Positions 1 through 12,185 of a stretch of DNA of 37,639 nucleotides are shown here, in pieces; the stretch's first letter is position 1; each line of letters starts with the position of its first letter. The position numbers were made by a program, and so were the translations under genes. The notes beneath the pieces were generated by a model, which had not been told where the DNA came from, ran no database searches, and saw only the letters and a program-made list of their open reading frames with translations. The stretch spans positions 1 to 37,639 of the forward strand of contig CDMY01000639.1 in NCBI GenBank assembly GCA_001179505.1. Direction: 5' to 3'. Origin of the DNA: Vitrella brassicaformis CCMP3155 (Eukaryota; Protista; Chromerida).

Positions 1-170
1 AGGTGGAGGGGGTTGGGTGTAGTCCGATACACGCTCGCTCATCCGAAAAGGAGGAGAAACAGCCGAGAAATCACCAACTCAATCATGGGGGGTAAGTATG
101 CCCACACCCCCTTCAAACACATCGGGGTGCTTCCTGAAACCGCTGCTGCTTCAAACACATCGCGAACGAG

Positions 171-2834
171 ATGACCTCGACCAAGAAGACCAGCGAGAAA
201 GGCCTCATAGAGAGGATCAGGCTCTTTCAACGCTCAAGCAAGGCCAACAAACGATGGTCAGCAACTCTAGTCTCGATTGCAACAGCAGCAGGCGGCCTGA
301 CGGCCACGTCTCGATTACAAACAATACAAGGCAAACCACGAGAATCACACAGTTTTCTGGCTGTGGGTGTTTGTCTGAACAGTGCCGACTGTCTGGAGAT
401 TGGGCCTTCATATGTCTGCATCCTACCACACAACTTCCTCACGTTTGTCTGCACCACATGTTCGGGAATCCAGTTCAGTATTCAGTGGGGCTGGCACGGA
501 CTTAACTGGTCACCTGGCTGGCTGAGCGGGTCAGAGGTGTGTGTGTGTGTGTGTGTGTGTGGTAGTCGTGAGTTCAACCACAAGGTGGGAGGAACCATGC
601 AGATAGAGATAATATCTGTGTGGTCTGCCTTGCGCCATGCATCCTCTGTGCACTCCCCTCCTCTGTGCGCTCCCCACACTCGTGTTCGTGCGTGCGCGTG
701 TGTACAAGGTCAAGGGAGTTTCGGTGTCCAAGTGGACGCCGGAAGAGGTCGAAGACATCGAAAACGGAGGAAATGAGGTAGGCAACGCGAGCAGCATTAT
801 GTGGAGCCGCATCTCCCGTATGTGTGCTGTGTGTATGCTTGCGTATGTGTACCTGTACGTGATGTGTTCAGAAAGCCAATGACTTCTATCTTGCTCGCTG
901 GACCCCCCGCGACTTCCCGGAGCCGGAGGCGAACCAGATTGAGAAGGTCAGGCTGATGTTGTGCAAAGGCAGGTGTGGATAGAAGTGGCCTCACTGCCTT
1001 CTCCTCTCCTCAGATTCGGGACTTCATTCGCATCAAATACGTGGAGAAAAGGTACCCACAACACATACAACGCACCCGCCAGTCTTAGGTGAGATTGTGA
1101 CCAGGTGGGTGAGGGGCGGTGGTGGTTCGAGCGACCATAGGGGGAGGGGTCGCGATGACGATGACCGATATGAAAGGGAGATGGAGAGGGAGGGGAAACG
1201 CGACACCGAGAGAAGGGAAAGGGCACAGCGTGAGGCAAGGTGAGCGCAACTTCACGGAGGACACCTGTACGTCCATATGTTCGTTCGTCTGGTTAGGCGT
1301 GCAAGGGAAAGAGGACGTGAGAGGGAACGAGAAAGGGACCGACACGGGCGGGACAGGAGGTGAGACGATTGTTGCAGGCAAAGCAAAGCATTGAAAGCTA
1401 CTGGTATTTAGACACTATGACAGTGGTGATGACGAGAGGCGGAGCGATTCTGACGAGGGGGAGAAGCGCCATACCCGGAGAGCTAAGGACAAGACAAGAA
1501 AGGACCGAAGAAGTGAGATTACAATTCCACTTAACTGTCCGAGCACCTGACCAAGCAATTTCGGTTGTACACACATTCGCTCAGGGCGAAGGTCGTCAGC
1601 CGATGACGACGAGGATTTTGATGTCTTATCCGGCCCCCCTCTCTCGACGACTCATGTAGCTAAGTCCGGCACTTCCCCTGCAGACGGGTGGGGGAGTTTC
1701 ACTGGCGCACTCGCGCCGCAGCCCAGCATGGCGCTGTCCCCGCAAGCGATGAACCCCATGGCTACCATGCAGAGCAACATCAGCCTCCCTGTCGACCTGT
1801 TCTCGGAGCCACAGATGGGCATGACTCTTTCTGGGATGTCCTCGATGGGTTCCATGGGCCTTCAGAACGGTATGTCACAGGGGATTGGGTGGCAGGCGAC
1901 CTCCTCCATGGGCATGAGGCCACACGCAATGGACCCGTTCGCTGGGATTGATGGAATCAAGGCCCAGCAATCTGCAGCAACACTCGTAATCCGCGCACAC
2001 ATAAGCGAGAACGAAAGTCACAACACGCATCTGTCCTGTTGCCGTGTCTGGTAGAACGCCGCTTTGCCGACGAACCAGTCGGTGGTAATGACCGGTATGG
2101 GTCACGGAATGGGCGTGGCGGGTGGGTCGCAAACGGGCATGCCACAGATACCTCAGACACCCACTGCTCTTGGCATCCAGCAGGCGATGGTTCATCCCTG
2201 CGGAACAACGGTACGATGAGCCACAAAGGCAGCTGGCCAAATGACACGTCATCTGTTGTGGGATGGTTGGCAGGGTGGGTTTGGCGGTTCGATGTCAATG
2301 CTGCCCACATCAGTGGCGCCCGACCCCTCAAACCCCTTCTCCGTCAGCAGCCCGCGGACCAATGGAGGCCTTTACGCCATGGGCATGGCACATTTTGCGC
2401 AGACGATGGGAGCGGGCCCGGCAGCGTCACACGTGATCGGCATGCAGTCGGGGCGAATGGGGCAGTCTCCGGCCGACGTGACGCCCGTGTCTCTCACTCC
2501 GTCCAGCAAGATGTTTCAGCAGCAGCAGCAGCAGCAGGCCAAGCAGGGAGAGCAGCCGGCGATGTTTCATGATCTGCTTGGAGGTATGATGCGAAGAACA
2601 CTCGGGGAAATGCGAGCCAATGAAGTAATGCGCGTCCCTCACCTCATGGATGCAGAGTTCAATCGTCTGGCCCTTCAGAGCACTTCTTCGATCCCAACCA
2701 CATCTCAGGCGTCGACAATGGTGAGGAAATCTCAGCAAATCTCTTCATTTATTGTCGGTTGCTCTTGTATCCTCAAGGCCCACAACGACTCGAAAAGAGC
2801 GGGAGGCAATCCATTTGATCAATGGACATGCTGA
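171..2834 (+). CDS. ArfGAP-domain protein, AGFG/Hrb (AGD14-like) type, multi-exon
   Basis: Exons 171-256, 383-472, 566-584, 709-777, 872-946 and 1014-1051 join at GT-AG sites. They give KRCADCLEIGPSYVCILPHNFLTFVCTTCSGIHREFNHKVKGVSVSKWTPEEVEDIENGGNEKANDFYLARW...IRDFIRIKYVEKRW, the ArfGAP C4 zinc finger with its catalytic Arg. Downstream are an R/E/D-rich exon and a Met/Gly/Gln-rich low-complexity tail ending GGNPFDQWTC* (NPF motif). Middle exon boundaries are approximate. Confidence 0.9.
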
Positions 2835-3300
2835 GGTCACTGAGGGTAGATGCGCTCATCTGAGACATTATGCAATTACATGGAGTCAGTAATGTGAATG
2901 CATAGACCAGTATATCAACAGCGACAATGTCCCATAGACCAGTAATGCGATGCCCATCGAATTGGGATGGCCAGATCAAACGAACGAAGAATGAACTCGG
3001 GAATGAATGGGACGTCAGGGAGGGTACATGCCATCACGGGCTTCGTTCTTCAGTGCACTCACCCATGACCAGCGGCCGTTGCCAACCCACCTGAACCAGG
3101 CCGTGCACAAGACGAGGCCAATCCATTCATTGCATATGTATGTACGTGTGTATCTGTGCGGTGCGCGTCCGTCACCCGAATCCAGTATGGGTGACACGCC
3201 CGACACTGCTGCGGAGCGCTGTGCTGTACCAACTGTACCTTGACATCGAATCAAGCACAAGTGGTCACTGATGTGAATGCAGACCATACGCCCTCTTGTT

Positions 3301-3345
3301 GACTCGCGCAGAAACGCTCAGACAGGCGGGACGCGTTCCAGACGC
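3301..3345 (+). repeat. Left arm of exact 45-bp inverted repeat (partner 5776-5820)
   Basis: gactcgcgcagaaacgctcagacaggcgggacgcgttccagacgc is the exact reverse complement of 5776-5820. Confidence 0.95.
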
Positions 3346-3493
3346 CCCCTCACTGGATGCATGGAATTATTAGATTGTACAGGCGTTCGGTATTGACACT
3401 GGTCTGTGGATTCATACGTTTATTGTACAGATAAATACTGTGGCGGTAAACCACTAGGGTATGTTTGTGTCTTTCCGCACCACCTCGACGGCC

Positions 3494-5660
3494 TCACTCA
3501 GGAATAATTCCATGCATCCAGTGAACGGTCATGCAAGGCTTCCGTTGTTCCTCTAGCTTTGCTGATGTGTCGACGAATGCACACTCGGAGAACAAAGCAT
3601 GATCTCGCACATTCGCCGCCGTACCTTCACCCACAGAGAGATCCCAATCGTCGGTTGTGTATCTTTCTGCGTGTATGGCTGGCCTACCATCTTTGCTGGT
3701 CCTTTTGATATAGTCGAGCTTTGTCTTGTCAGTGAGACATTGTCGTGTCATTGCGCGGAGCACACTTCTTGCTGTCTCGCTATTTGGGGCGTCCCAGAGA
3801 AGTTTCTTGCTGTAGTAGTCCATCATTCGCAGCTTTTCTGTTACGGCTCGGTGGTCCTTGTAGAGCTCATCCAAGATCGGCTTCAGCGCTGCGCGAGGGT
3901 TCTGCTCAAAGACAGAGCCCTCGATCGAATAGGTCAGGTTCCTGCTCACAACACAAAGGGGAGCCAAGTATTGGAAGCATCAAGTGCAAATCTGCCTTTT
4001 TTTCAATACTTCCATGGGATCTCGCATTGGAGCGGGATGGCGTATTTATACATATCGTTTAGGTCGCTGATTAAAACATCAATCGTGCGAGTTGCAAAGC
4101 CGTCAACGACCCTCGAGCTCGTCACATCTCTTCCCCGAAAGCATAGATTCAACTTGGAGCTGGCCAGGCGGTGAATGAAAACCGACGTCTCAGACAGCCT
4201 TTCTTGACGACCCTTTGTTACAGCCTCGCATCGCTCAAACTTGCCTATCCGCATTCCGACATACTTAGCTCTCCGGGGGCAAAAAGGAAACTTCGTTTGT
4301 GAGACGTCGCCGGTTGCAACAAATACGTTGGTCCCTGGTGCACAATCTGGGCAGGATTTTAATTTATAGTGCCAACCCGCCAAGCTTTCGAAGGCCAGCT
4401 TTCGATACGGACGGTCGTGATATACCTTTCCTACAACACTCAACCACAGCAGATGGCCGAGTTGAGCGTTGCCCGTGTCTGACCTTGAAAGAACATTGTG
4501 TAGTCGCGTTCGAACCAGTCGTGTCTCGATGGAGGGTTGAAAGCCATGGCAAGTCGGTCATCCTCAAAGACGTCGGTAGGTTTGATAAGCCCACGCCTCA
4601 GCAGGCTTTCCTTCTCAAAAGGCTGGTAGGCCTGATGGAGTGGCGTCAGCGAAGACCTGAATGCAGGCATACACAACCAGTCATCGATGCATTGAGTTGC
4701 GTAGGATTTTCATACGTGTGGGGTATCGTGACAGCACATCCGAAGAGGCCTCTGTCTGTTGGCCGAGATGTAGATCACAGCTAGCTGGCTTTTCTCCTTC
4801 ACTTCCTTACGGTTGTCCACAAGGTGCCGCCCCTGCGTGATGTTCTTCGCAAATGTCGCGAATGACTCCCCCAATACTCTCGTCATATCGAAGGGATAAT
4901 TAAAGCGCCAGTCGCTCGCCTGCATGGTCAATCAATACACTATTCGAACATTGCTTGTCATGAGCGGGGGCCAACGATCACTCACCACCAGGATGTGGTC
5001 GAGTCCGCCGTTCCTCTTCCATTGTGGCGTCTCCATCACCTGGACATCTGACTGGTGCCCATATTTCCACTTATACTTTCTCACCTCCTTGACAGCCGTT
5101 GCTGCTAAGTCGTGGGCTTTCGTTCTGTTTCTGTCGTTGCATGAGTTGTGAAGAAGCAACACTGCAGGCAAATGAATGAATGAATTAATCCTGTACGTGT
5201 CTCCCTCATTATGTGTAGACAGACCCGGATAGATTGGGAGGACATAGACGAGCGCTTTGTCAGGGTCAGACGTCCTCCAAGAATCGTTCCACAACTGGTC
5301 CAGCCAGTATATCTCGTCAACGTTCTTCCTGTCCCCCAGCGGGAGTAGTGCAGGCCAGCGCCCCTCAAGGATATTCCGTGCGCTCTCTTGACACATCCGA
5401 TACAGCGCTTTCATTGCCGGCGTTCGATATATGTAGAATGGCACCTCCATGTGGCGTTCCAAGGCCTCCAAGTCAGCAGAATTGCTGTTGGTTTCTTGGA
5501 TATCATTGTGTTTGTGTCTTCTGTGGTTCAAGACGACACCGCGGGAGGACGGGCGGCCGCGGCGCAGCCTGGGAGGAGGATAACTATTGCAGCTGACACA
5601 CAGACACAGACAGACACATTGCAACAGGAACAGGTCCACAAAGGTAGGAAATGTCTTCAT
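3494..5660 (-). CDS. Exostosin-like glycosyltransferase (GT47), copy 1, multi-exon
   Basis: N-terminal hydrophobic leader (MKTFPTFVDLFLLQCVCLCLCVSC). Exostosin-family motifs: FYIY...WRTSDPDKALVYVLPIYP, NGGLDHILV, RDYTMFFQG, SKLNLCFRGRDVTSSRVVDGF...VLISD...AIPLQCEIPW. Several GT-AG introns. Confidence 0.8.
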
Positions 5661-5775
5661 CGATGATTCAGATGTAAACCAGGATCATTCGAAAATGATC
5701 TATTATTTAGAACCTTCCCAAAGGGGCGAGTCCTGACTGGATTGACCACTGCGCGACGCTACTGGTCGGGCATCT

Positions 5776-5820
5776 GCGTCTGGAACGCGTCCCGCCTGTC
5801 TGAGCGTTTCTGCGCGAGTC
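5776..5820 (-). repeat. Right arm of exact 45-bp inverted repeat (partner 3301-3345)
   Basis: Exact reverse complement of 3301-3345. Confidence 0.95.
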
Positions 5821-6066
5821 GACATGCCAACTTGAAGCCGGCGCACGAATGTGTAAGACAGCTTTTTTTCGTCTGAAGTCCGAATGAATGATTCACCAGT
5901 GGGACAGAAACTCACCAATTCGTGTACACAACACGGTCTTGGCGAATTATTAAAGCCGGCTGGTGTGTGCGTGTTTCTCTCTCTCTCTCTCTCTCTCATT
6001 TCTTTCTTTCTTTCTTTCTTCTTCTTTTCTCTTTTGCTTCTTCTTTCCCATACCCACGAGCCGTCC

Positions 6067-6251
6067 ATGTGACAAGTGGTCCTTGACTATCGGAAACATT
6101 CGGCACGATGTTTCTACGTCCTGTTGCCGCGTTCTGTCTCGCGGTGTCTGTGTCCAATGTGACAAGTGGTCCTTGACTATCGGAAACATTCGGCACGATG
6201 TTTCTACGTCCTGTTGCCGCGTTCTGTCTCGCGGTGTCTGTGTCCAATGTG
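6067..6251. repeat. Exact 90-bp tandem duplication
   Basis: atgtgacaagtggtccttgactatcgg...tgtcca starts at 6067 and again at 6157, with identical copies. It follows a (CT)/(TTTC) microsatellite at ~5975-6045. Confidence 0.95.
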
Positions 6252-8478
6252 CTATGATCATGAGCAATAGGACAAAGCTCGAGGATGCTGCATGAAGTGT
6301 TGCTGGTGAGTGAGAGTGAGTGTTCGGTTGGATGTGTGAAGGTTTCTCTTCCTGAAGGCTCAAGCTATCTCTGTTCGCACACACGGGGGACTGGTCCTAT
6401 CAACGACTGCCTGTCTGTCTCACAGACGAGTACAAACAAACGAATAAACGAACGATTGGACGGCGAACGACGAAAGAACGCACGAACACACGACGTGTCA
6501 CTCGTGACACATGGTGCACACACCTAGCTGCTGCTCACAACAACTGGTCTGAATCTGCCTGTGCTGACTATGGGGATCAACACAGGGAGGTCGAAACGAT
6601 GAAAAACGAATGGAACAATTGCTGCACTGGATGTCGGCAATTGGCGATGAGGTCAAGGGTGATTCTCTGTCGCTTCTTGTCTAGGGTTCCTGGGTTTTGT
6701 CTATGGCGGAGCTTCCGAAGCACGTCCTAGTGTGAGGATCGCGTAGCGGAGCTTCCCCCTGCCCAAGCTGCAAAGCTTCTCCGTTCCGTTTACGACATCT
6801 CCTGTACATGAAGATTCACTTGCTGGTCCACTCTGTCTGTGTTAGCATCGGGCTGGTAGCAGCTTCGCAACCAGACAAATTGAGGGCGCTTCGAGTGTCC
6901 GGCATAGACCCCGACCAGCAACACACTTCAAAGATGCAATTGCAATGGCGTTTTCTCCATATATATATATAGCTTTTCGTGGGTGGTCAAAGAGACATGC
7001 CTACATTCGAGTCCACGTTGAATTGCCATGGACAGACTGCTCAACTGGTGCGTAGACTAGAAAGGTTGAGACAGCCAGTTGCACTCCAACTGATGAAGTT
7101 CGAGCTCTATTTATCCATGTGCATCTCTCTCCATCGAGCCACCCGCTCCCTCCTCAAGAGCGACTATATGTCACATCTCTGCCGACACGCGGAGCGGGAG
7201 AAGAATGACAAGCATTGCTGCCCTTACCACCTGAGTGCCTCTACATTTTACATTTGACGTGTACCATCATAGGAAGCCTGACGTGGCTTATACTATACAT
7301 GCTCAGTGCCCGTGTCGTGTGTGCGGTTGGTGGAGCCGCCCACAAGAATGCGACTGGGCCTGACGTTTTTGCTGTGGCTCGCCCACTGGGCAAGACAAGG
7401 CGAGTCAGTTCCTTAGAAGCGCTCACCGCGCCCATTGGCTTTACTCACTGATGCGCTGACTCTGACTGCCTCGTGAATGATGGTTGGGAGCGTGCTTAAG
7501 ATCGGAAGAGCCACCTCGAGATCTGCTGGAGCTCACGCAACGTTACGGCAATGACGTTTTGACGTGTCCAAGCAGAACCGCATCGGAATCACCTACAGAA
7601 AAAACAGAGGACTAGTTTGACTTGTCTCAAGTTCGATGGAACCCCCGCGAACGCGGGTCGACGCACGGCTACGAGGGGGTAGGGGCCCGGGCGTAACGGA
7701 AGGCGATAGGAAAGGGACGTTCGTTCGTTCGTTCGTTAACGGGCACCGAGGCCCCGGCCCCTCAGGGCAGATGGTGTGTCCAATCAATGCGTCCGTAAGT
7801 CTCAAGTGGCCAGCGCTCAGATGAAAAATCGGGGGCACATTACAGAATTTCGCGGATCGAATGTCGTTGGTCCGTTGGTTACGGTAACGGGCCCTGGAGC
7901 CGGCAAATAGAGACGGGGAGCACCGTCGTGCACGTCGCAAGTGGCAGGTCTTTTTTGCAGACCAAAAAAGCTTACGATACATGATGGGGGGAGGGGGAAG
8001 ATTGAGACAAACAGCTACAAACAGAAGATACCGTGTGTGGAAACCCATGCGTTTCTCCTCGATCATGTTCCATCAGTTACGACTTTACTGGATCGACAAG
8101 AATCCGCTACTGGATGCACAAGAATCCGCAGGCGGCCAAGGCGGAAGCATCGCGCAGAAGGCATCGCGCATCAAGTTTCTGCAGTTCCCGGACGGCAAGA
8201 AGCCTCTACAGCGATACGCATCACATGCACGGCACATTAGATATCCATCCATATATCCATATATCCATACACTATGCCATGACATGTGTGTTGATGCAGT
8301 TGGGTGGAGGCGCATCCCGAGTCGGAGCAGACAAAGTAGTGACAGGGGATCGGCTGGCTGGCTGGCTGATCTGACACGGTGTAGATGGATATTCCATCCG
8401 TGACTAGCAACACACCCGACCAGCCAGTCTGGGATTCGGTGTTTGTAGATAGTAGAGCAGGGATGCATGAAAACTCGA

Positions 8479-10273
8479 TCATTGAATCTCTGGGGCGGAA
8501 TCCTTCACATATGTTCCCCATATGTCACATATGTCCCCATATCTTCGCTTCTCCCACTTGCTAGAGTTGTTGACATAGACGAACCTCGTGAATTTCTCGG
8601 CATTCCACTCCAACTCTGTGGTTGGAGGTGGTGCATAGAGGGAGTGGACCAATAGGGGCGGAGAAGTGGCAACGAATGATGCAACATCGCTGCTACGGGA
8701 GAGCTTGTTGCTGTAGTCGACATGGACGTCCTGCTCTAGCGTCGCGTTCAGGGTACCTGCTTTAACATTCTCGATAAGGCTTCTGAAAGCCTGCATGCGT
8801 GTCGTTGGGACAACAAGGGGGAAGATCTGAGACGCTAGCGACGCCGTTTTATCAGCTGTTTCCGACAGGTGCTTCCCAGAATGAGGCAGAACGACTGCGT
8901 CGCTGGGAAAAGCCGACCGATAGGTCTTTAGGAATTCTGCTGCGTCTGCCTGAAACCACACTGAGGGGCTGAGAATAAGGTAAACATCACCATTAGAAAG
9001 ACTCTCGTCGGCTTCTCGACTCTCATTGTGGCCCCGCGCCATTTCGTCGTGCACAGCTGCAAGAGCTTCCAAAGGGTCTTGCACAGACAAGACAGATATG
9101 GGGATACCGAAAGGGAAGCATGCTGCATGAGTCAAAGCAGTGGTTTGGCAAAAGTGCTCCATTTTTGAGGCAGGGACGACACTGTAGATGTGCAGTTTTT
9201 TCCCTTCAGAATATGGGACGCCGCAAGTACTGAGAGCAGACAGATGCTCCAGTTTTTTTGTACGCTCTTTTGTCGCATGAGTCACATGCTGTGCTATTTG
9301 GCCTTCTGTGGCGACCCCAGAAGAAACGGCTGCGAGCTTCTCGTGAATGAGCAGACACATATTATCTCGCTCCTCCTGAGGAATGAATTTTTTCTTGCAC
9401 GCTGTTGTGCAGCCTCCACAATTACAGCAAGCATCTCCTGCTAGGACTCTTAAGAAGCAGCTGTATTTCGAACGGAGAATTTCATTCGCATACGTAGCGG
9501 CCGCTTCATTAAGGGAGAGGTCTTCCAAGAGAAGTACGCGATCAACAGACCGATTGTCGCTTCTTCTTTCAGTACGCTGCCGAAGTTTGATGGCCTTCTG
9601 TAGAAGATTCCTTGAGAAGGCGGTATTATGGACAACAAACGTGCCAGCACAGATATCACGGTTCCACCTGGCGCCTTCTGTGAAAAAGATGGAGTCTTTG
9701 TTAGGACATTGTTTGAATACTGACTTCAAAGAAATGTTGCAGTCCATGATGATAACATCCGCATCTTTCCACACAACAGTTTGATATCCCTTGTCTAAGA
9801 GGAGAGACACCAATTCCAGTTTTCGTTTGATGACGGAATCCGTCGCTCGAGACATATCGAAGCTTCGATATGTCTCGAACGTAGGTTCTTTTATATCTGC
9901 AATCAGTGTATAGCCCCATTTCTGAAGGACAGTACAGAAATTAAGTCTTGTTGGGTGCGTGGCTCGTGCGAACCTGACAGTATCGCTGCAAGAGTGTCAA
10001 GCTGTTTTTCCAAGCAGCTGCGTCACTTTTTGTGCCGTTGTACCAGCTAATTGTGACGATGGCAATCATTCCAGCACGTCCATGTCCCGGAATCGCCTCG
10101 ATTTTATCTGCATCAGGCACGTCCTTCATGAAATACTCCAGCATTGGCGCCGGCGAATGAATTCGGGGAGAAGGCCCATGAGACGAAATGTGATTGTCCC
10201 TTCTCGAATGCAACGACAGAACACCACCGCAGAACAAAGGACACAGCGTGAAAAAGCATACAACGACCAACAT
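8479..10273 (-). CDS. GT34 (GMA12/MNN10-like galactosyl/xylosyl transferase family) glycosyltransferase, two exons
   Basis: Exon 1 (10273-9974) has a signal/anchor MLVVVCFFTLCPLFCGG. A 52-nt GT-AG intron lies at 9973-9922. Exon 2 (9921-8479) reads KWGY...KRKLELVSLLLDKGYQTVVWKDADVIIMD...ICAGTFVVHNTAFSRNLL, matching the GT34 W-x-D-x-D and N/C-x-G-x-F-x-x-x-N motifs. Confidence 0.75.
9847..9878. repeat. Perfect 32-bp palindrome inside GT34 exon 2
   Basis: tcgagacatatcgaagcttcgatatgtctcga equals its own reverse complement. Confidence 0.95.
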
Positions 10274-10472
10274 TCTAGTCCAGGGGAGTGGTAAATGTGG
10301 GTTTGGCGGCATTCGACTCTCGAAAGAAAGTCTAAAAACAGCGGCTTTAACAAGTGTAGAAAATTACGCTGTGCGTGCAGGTGATGTGGATGGCGGCCAT
10401 AGCTGCCATGGCAATTTGACTTCGTTTATCGTTGATCATCGATTCCAAGGGACAGGAGGAGTTGAAAAATTC

Positions 10473-11035
10473 CATGGGAACGATCAGCCTATTCATGTGT
10501 TTGCATGTTCCGTCATTGTTCTTTCAACTCATGAATCATCCCTGTCACGCGCTCCCACCTACCAAGAAGTGGAGTGGGGGAGTTCCTTCTCTGCTGCAGG
10601 AATCTCTTTGAACAACCACACCATTTCCGAGTGCCGTGTAACGGCACGAAGGTCGTTTTCTGCGGCGACTTGAGGCTCTTATTTACCCTTACCACTTGAA
10701 GGCTGAGAGAATGAACGGCCGCGCTTGTTTCGGCTTCGGCGTTTTCTTCGTCGTCGGATTGGCTGTTGTGGCGCAGCATGCACTGGCGGTGCTGGAGCCA
10801 GCGGACCGAGCGCGTAAGCGCCGCGCACTCGAGAGCAAACACCTCATGTATCTAATGAGCTTGTTTGCTCTTTCTGTTCCTTGCATGGTTTCTCGTGTTC
10901 GCATGCGTCTTCGGCTAGATGTGATGGGTGCCATAGCCGTTGACGGTATTCTGGCCACTGGCAACAACTATGGGGAGGGATGCATTTCCACTGCTTCAAT
11001 TGCTTTCTTCTTGTGTGGTATTATTACATATAGGT
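10473..11035 (+). repeat. Near-identical duplicate of 11942-12510 (promoter plus 5' part of secreted protein gene), cut by the N gap
   Basis: About 565 bp match 11942-12510. The few substitutions and one 6-nt indel all lie upstream of the ATG (10711 vs 12186). Confidence 0.9.
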
Positions 11036-11335
11036 NNNNNNNNNNNNNNNNNNNNNNNNNNNNNNNNNNNNNNNNNNNNNNNNNNNNNNNNNNNNNNNNN
11101 NNNNNNNNNNNNNNNNNNNNNNNNNNNNNNNNNNNNNNNNNNNNNNNNNNNNNNNNNNNNNNNNNNNNNNNNNNNNNNNNNNNNNNNNNNNNNNNNNNNN
11201 NNNNNNNNNNNNNNNNNNNNNNNNNNNNNNNNNNNNNNNNNNNNNNNNNNNNNNNNNNNNNNNNNNNNNNNNNNNNNNNNNNNNNNNNNNNNNNNNNNNN
11301 NNNNNNNNNNNNNNNNNNNNNNNNNNNNNNNNNNN
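11036..11335. other. Assembly gap (300 N)
   Basis: Run of N. Confidence 1.
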
Positions 11336-11634
11336 ACAGAAGAATGCAGCAAGACACAGCTTTTGCTTTTGTGCACATGCACTTCACATCCGCCGAAGAA
11401 TGCATGTCACAGTAATTTTGCTGTGACATGCACAAAAGAGACCCACGAGTTGCGCTCTGTTCCTTTCTCTCTGACACATTTCAGCGTCGGCGGGCAAACA
11501 CTGGAAGGTTGGTTTTCATTTTGCTCACAGAGGCAGGCAAATCAAACCAAGCCGACTTACACAATACGATTATGACGAAGACAGCAGCATACATTGTTGG
11601 TATTAAGCCGGGGCGCCTCCGATAATTCACATAA

Positions 11635-11732
11635 ATAAATACTGAAACTGACCGGGAAGAGCATGAAGTCAACCGAAGATATGATAAATACTGAAACTGA
11701 CCGGGAAGAGCATGAAGTTAACCGAAGATATG
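11635..11732. repeat. 49-bp tandem duplication
   Basis: aaatactgaaactgaccgggaagagcatgaagt(c/t)aaccgaagatatg occurs twice, offset by 49. Confidence 0.9.
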
Positions 11733-12185
11733 TGCATAGGCCTATGCAGAGAGACGCACAGCAATGGGCGACGATGCGGCCTCCAGTGGCTATCTGTCGT
11801 AGGGACACAGACATTTTTGTCGGCACCAGAGCCCAGACAAGGCCGTCAGGTGGGCGTGAAGTAGATTCTAGATCTCCATGGGACGGAGTTCGAGACAGTC
11901 CACGTATACAGTGTGGTACAAGTGCCTTTGCGTGAAAGACACATGGGAACGATCAGCCTATTCATGTGTTTGCATGTTCCGTCATTGTTCTTTCAACTCA
12001 TGAATCATCCCTGTCACGCGCTCCCACCTGCCAAGAAGTGGAGTGGGGGAGACTCAGTTCCTTCTCTGCTGCAGGAATCTCTTTGAACAACCACACCATT
12101 TCCGAGTGCCGTGTAACGGCACGAAGGTCGTTTTCTGCGGCGACTTGAAACTCTTATTTAGACTTACCACTTGAAGGCTGAGAGA

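Noticed and set aside
3599-4784. Plus-strand ORFs of 105-191 aa (similar ones at 24507-25076 and 25637-26568)
   Set aside because: They are antisense shadows of the GT47 exons.
3297-5824. Target-site duplication around the 45-bp inverted repeat
   Set aside because: The flanks (ccctct / tgccaa, or tgtt / gaca) show no direct repeat, so the structure is not called a transposon outright.
6560-7451. Possible multi-exon hypothetical gene (DEKRMEQLLHW..., LRALRVSGIDP..., LVRRLERLRQP...)
   Set aside because: I could not build a consistent splice model or recognise a family.
7593-8468. Overlapping ORFs on both strands
   Set aside because: There is no recognisable domain, a 22-bp duplication at 8086-8129 disrupts frame logic, and the coding strand cannot be decided.
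10696-11575. Long ORFs spanning 10.7-11.6 kb
   Set aside because: They are artefacts of translating the 300-N gap.
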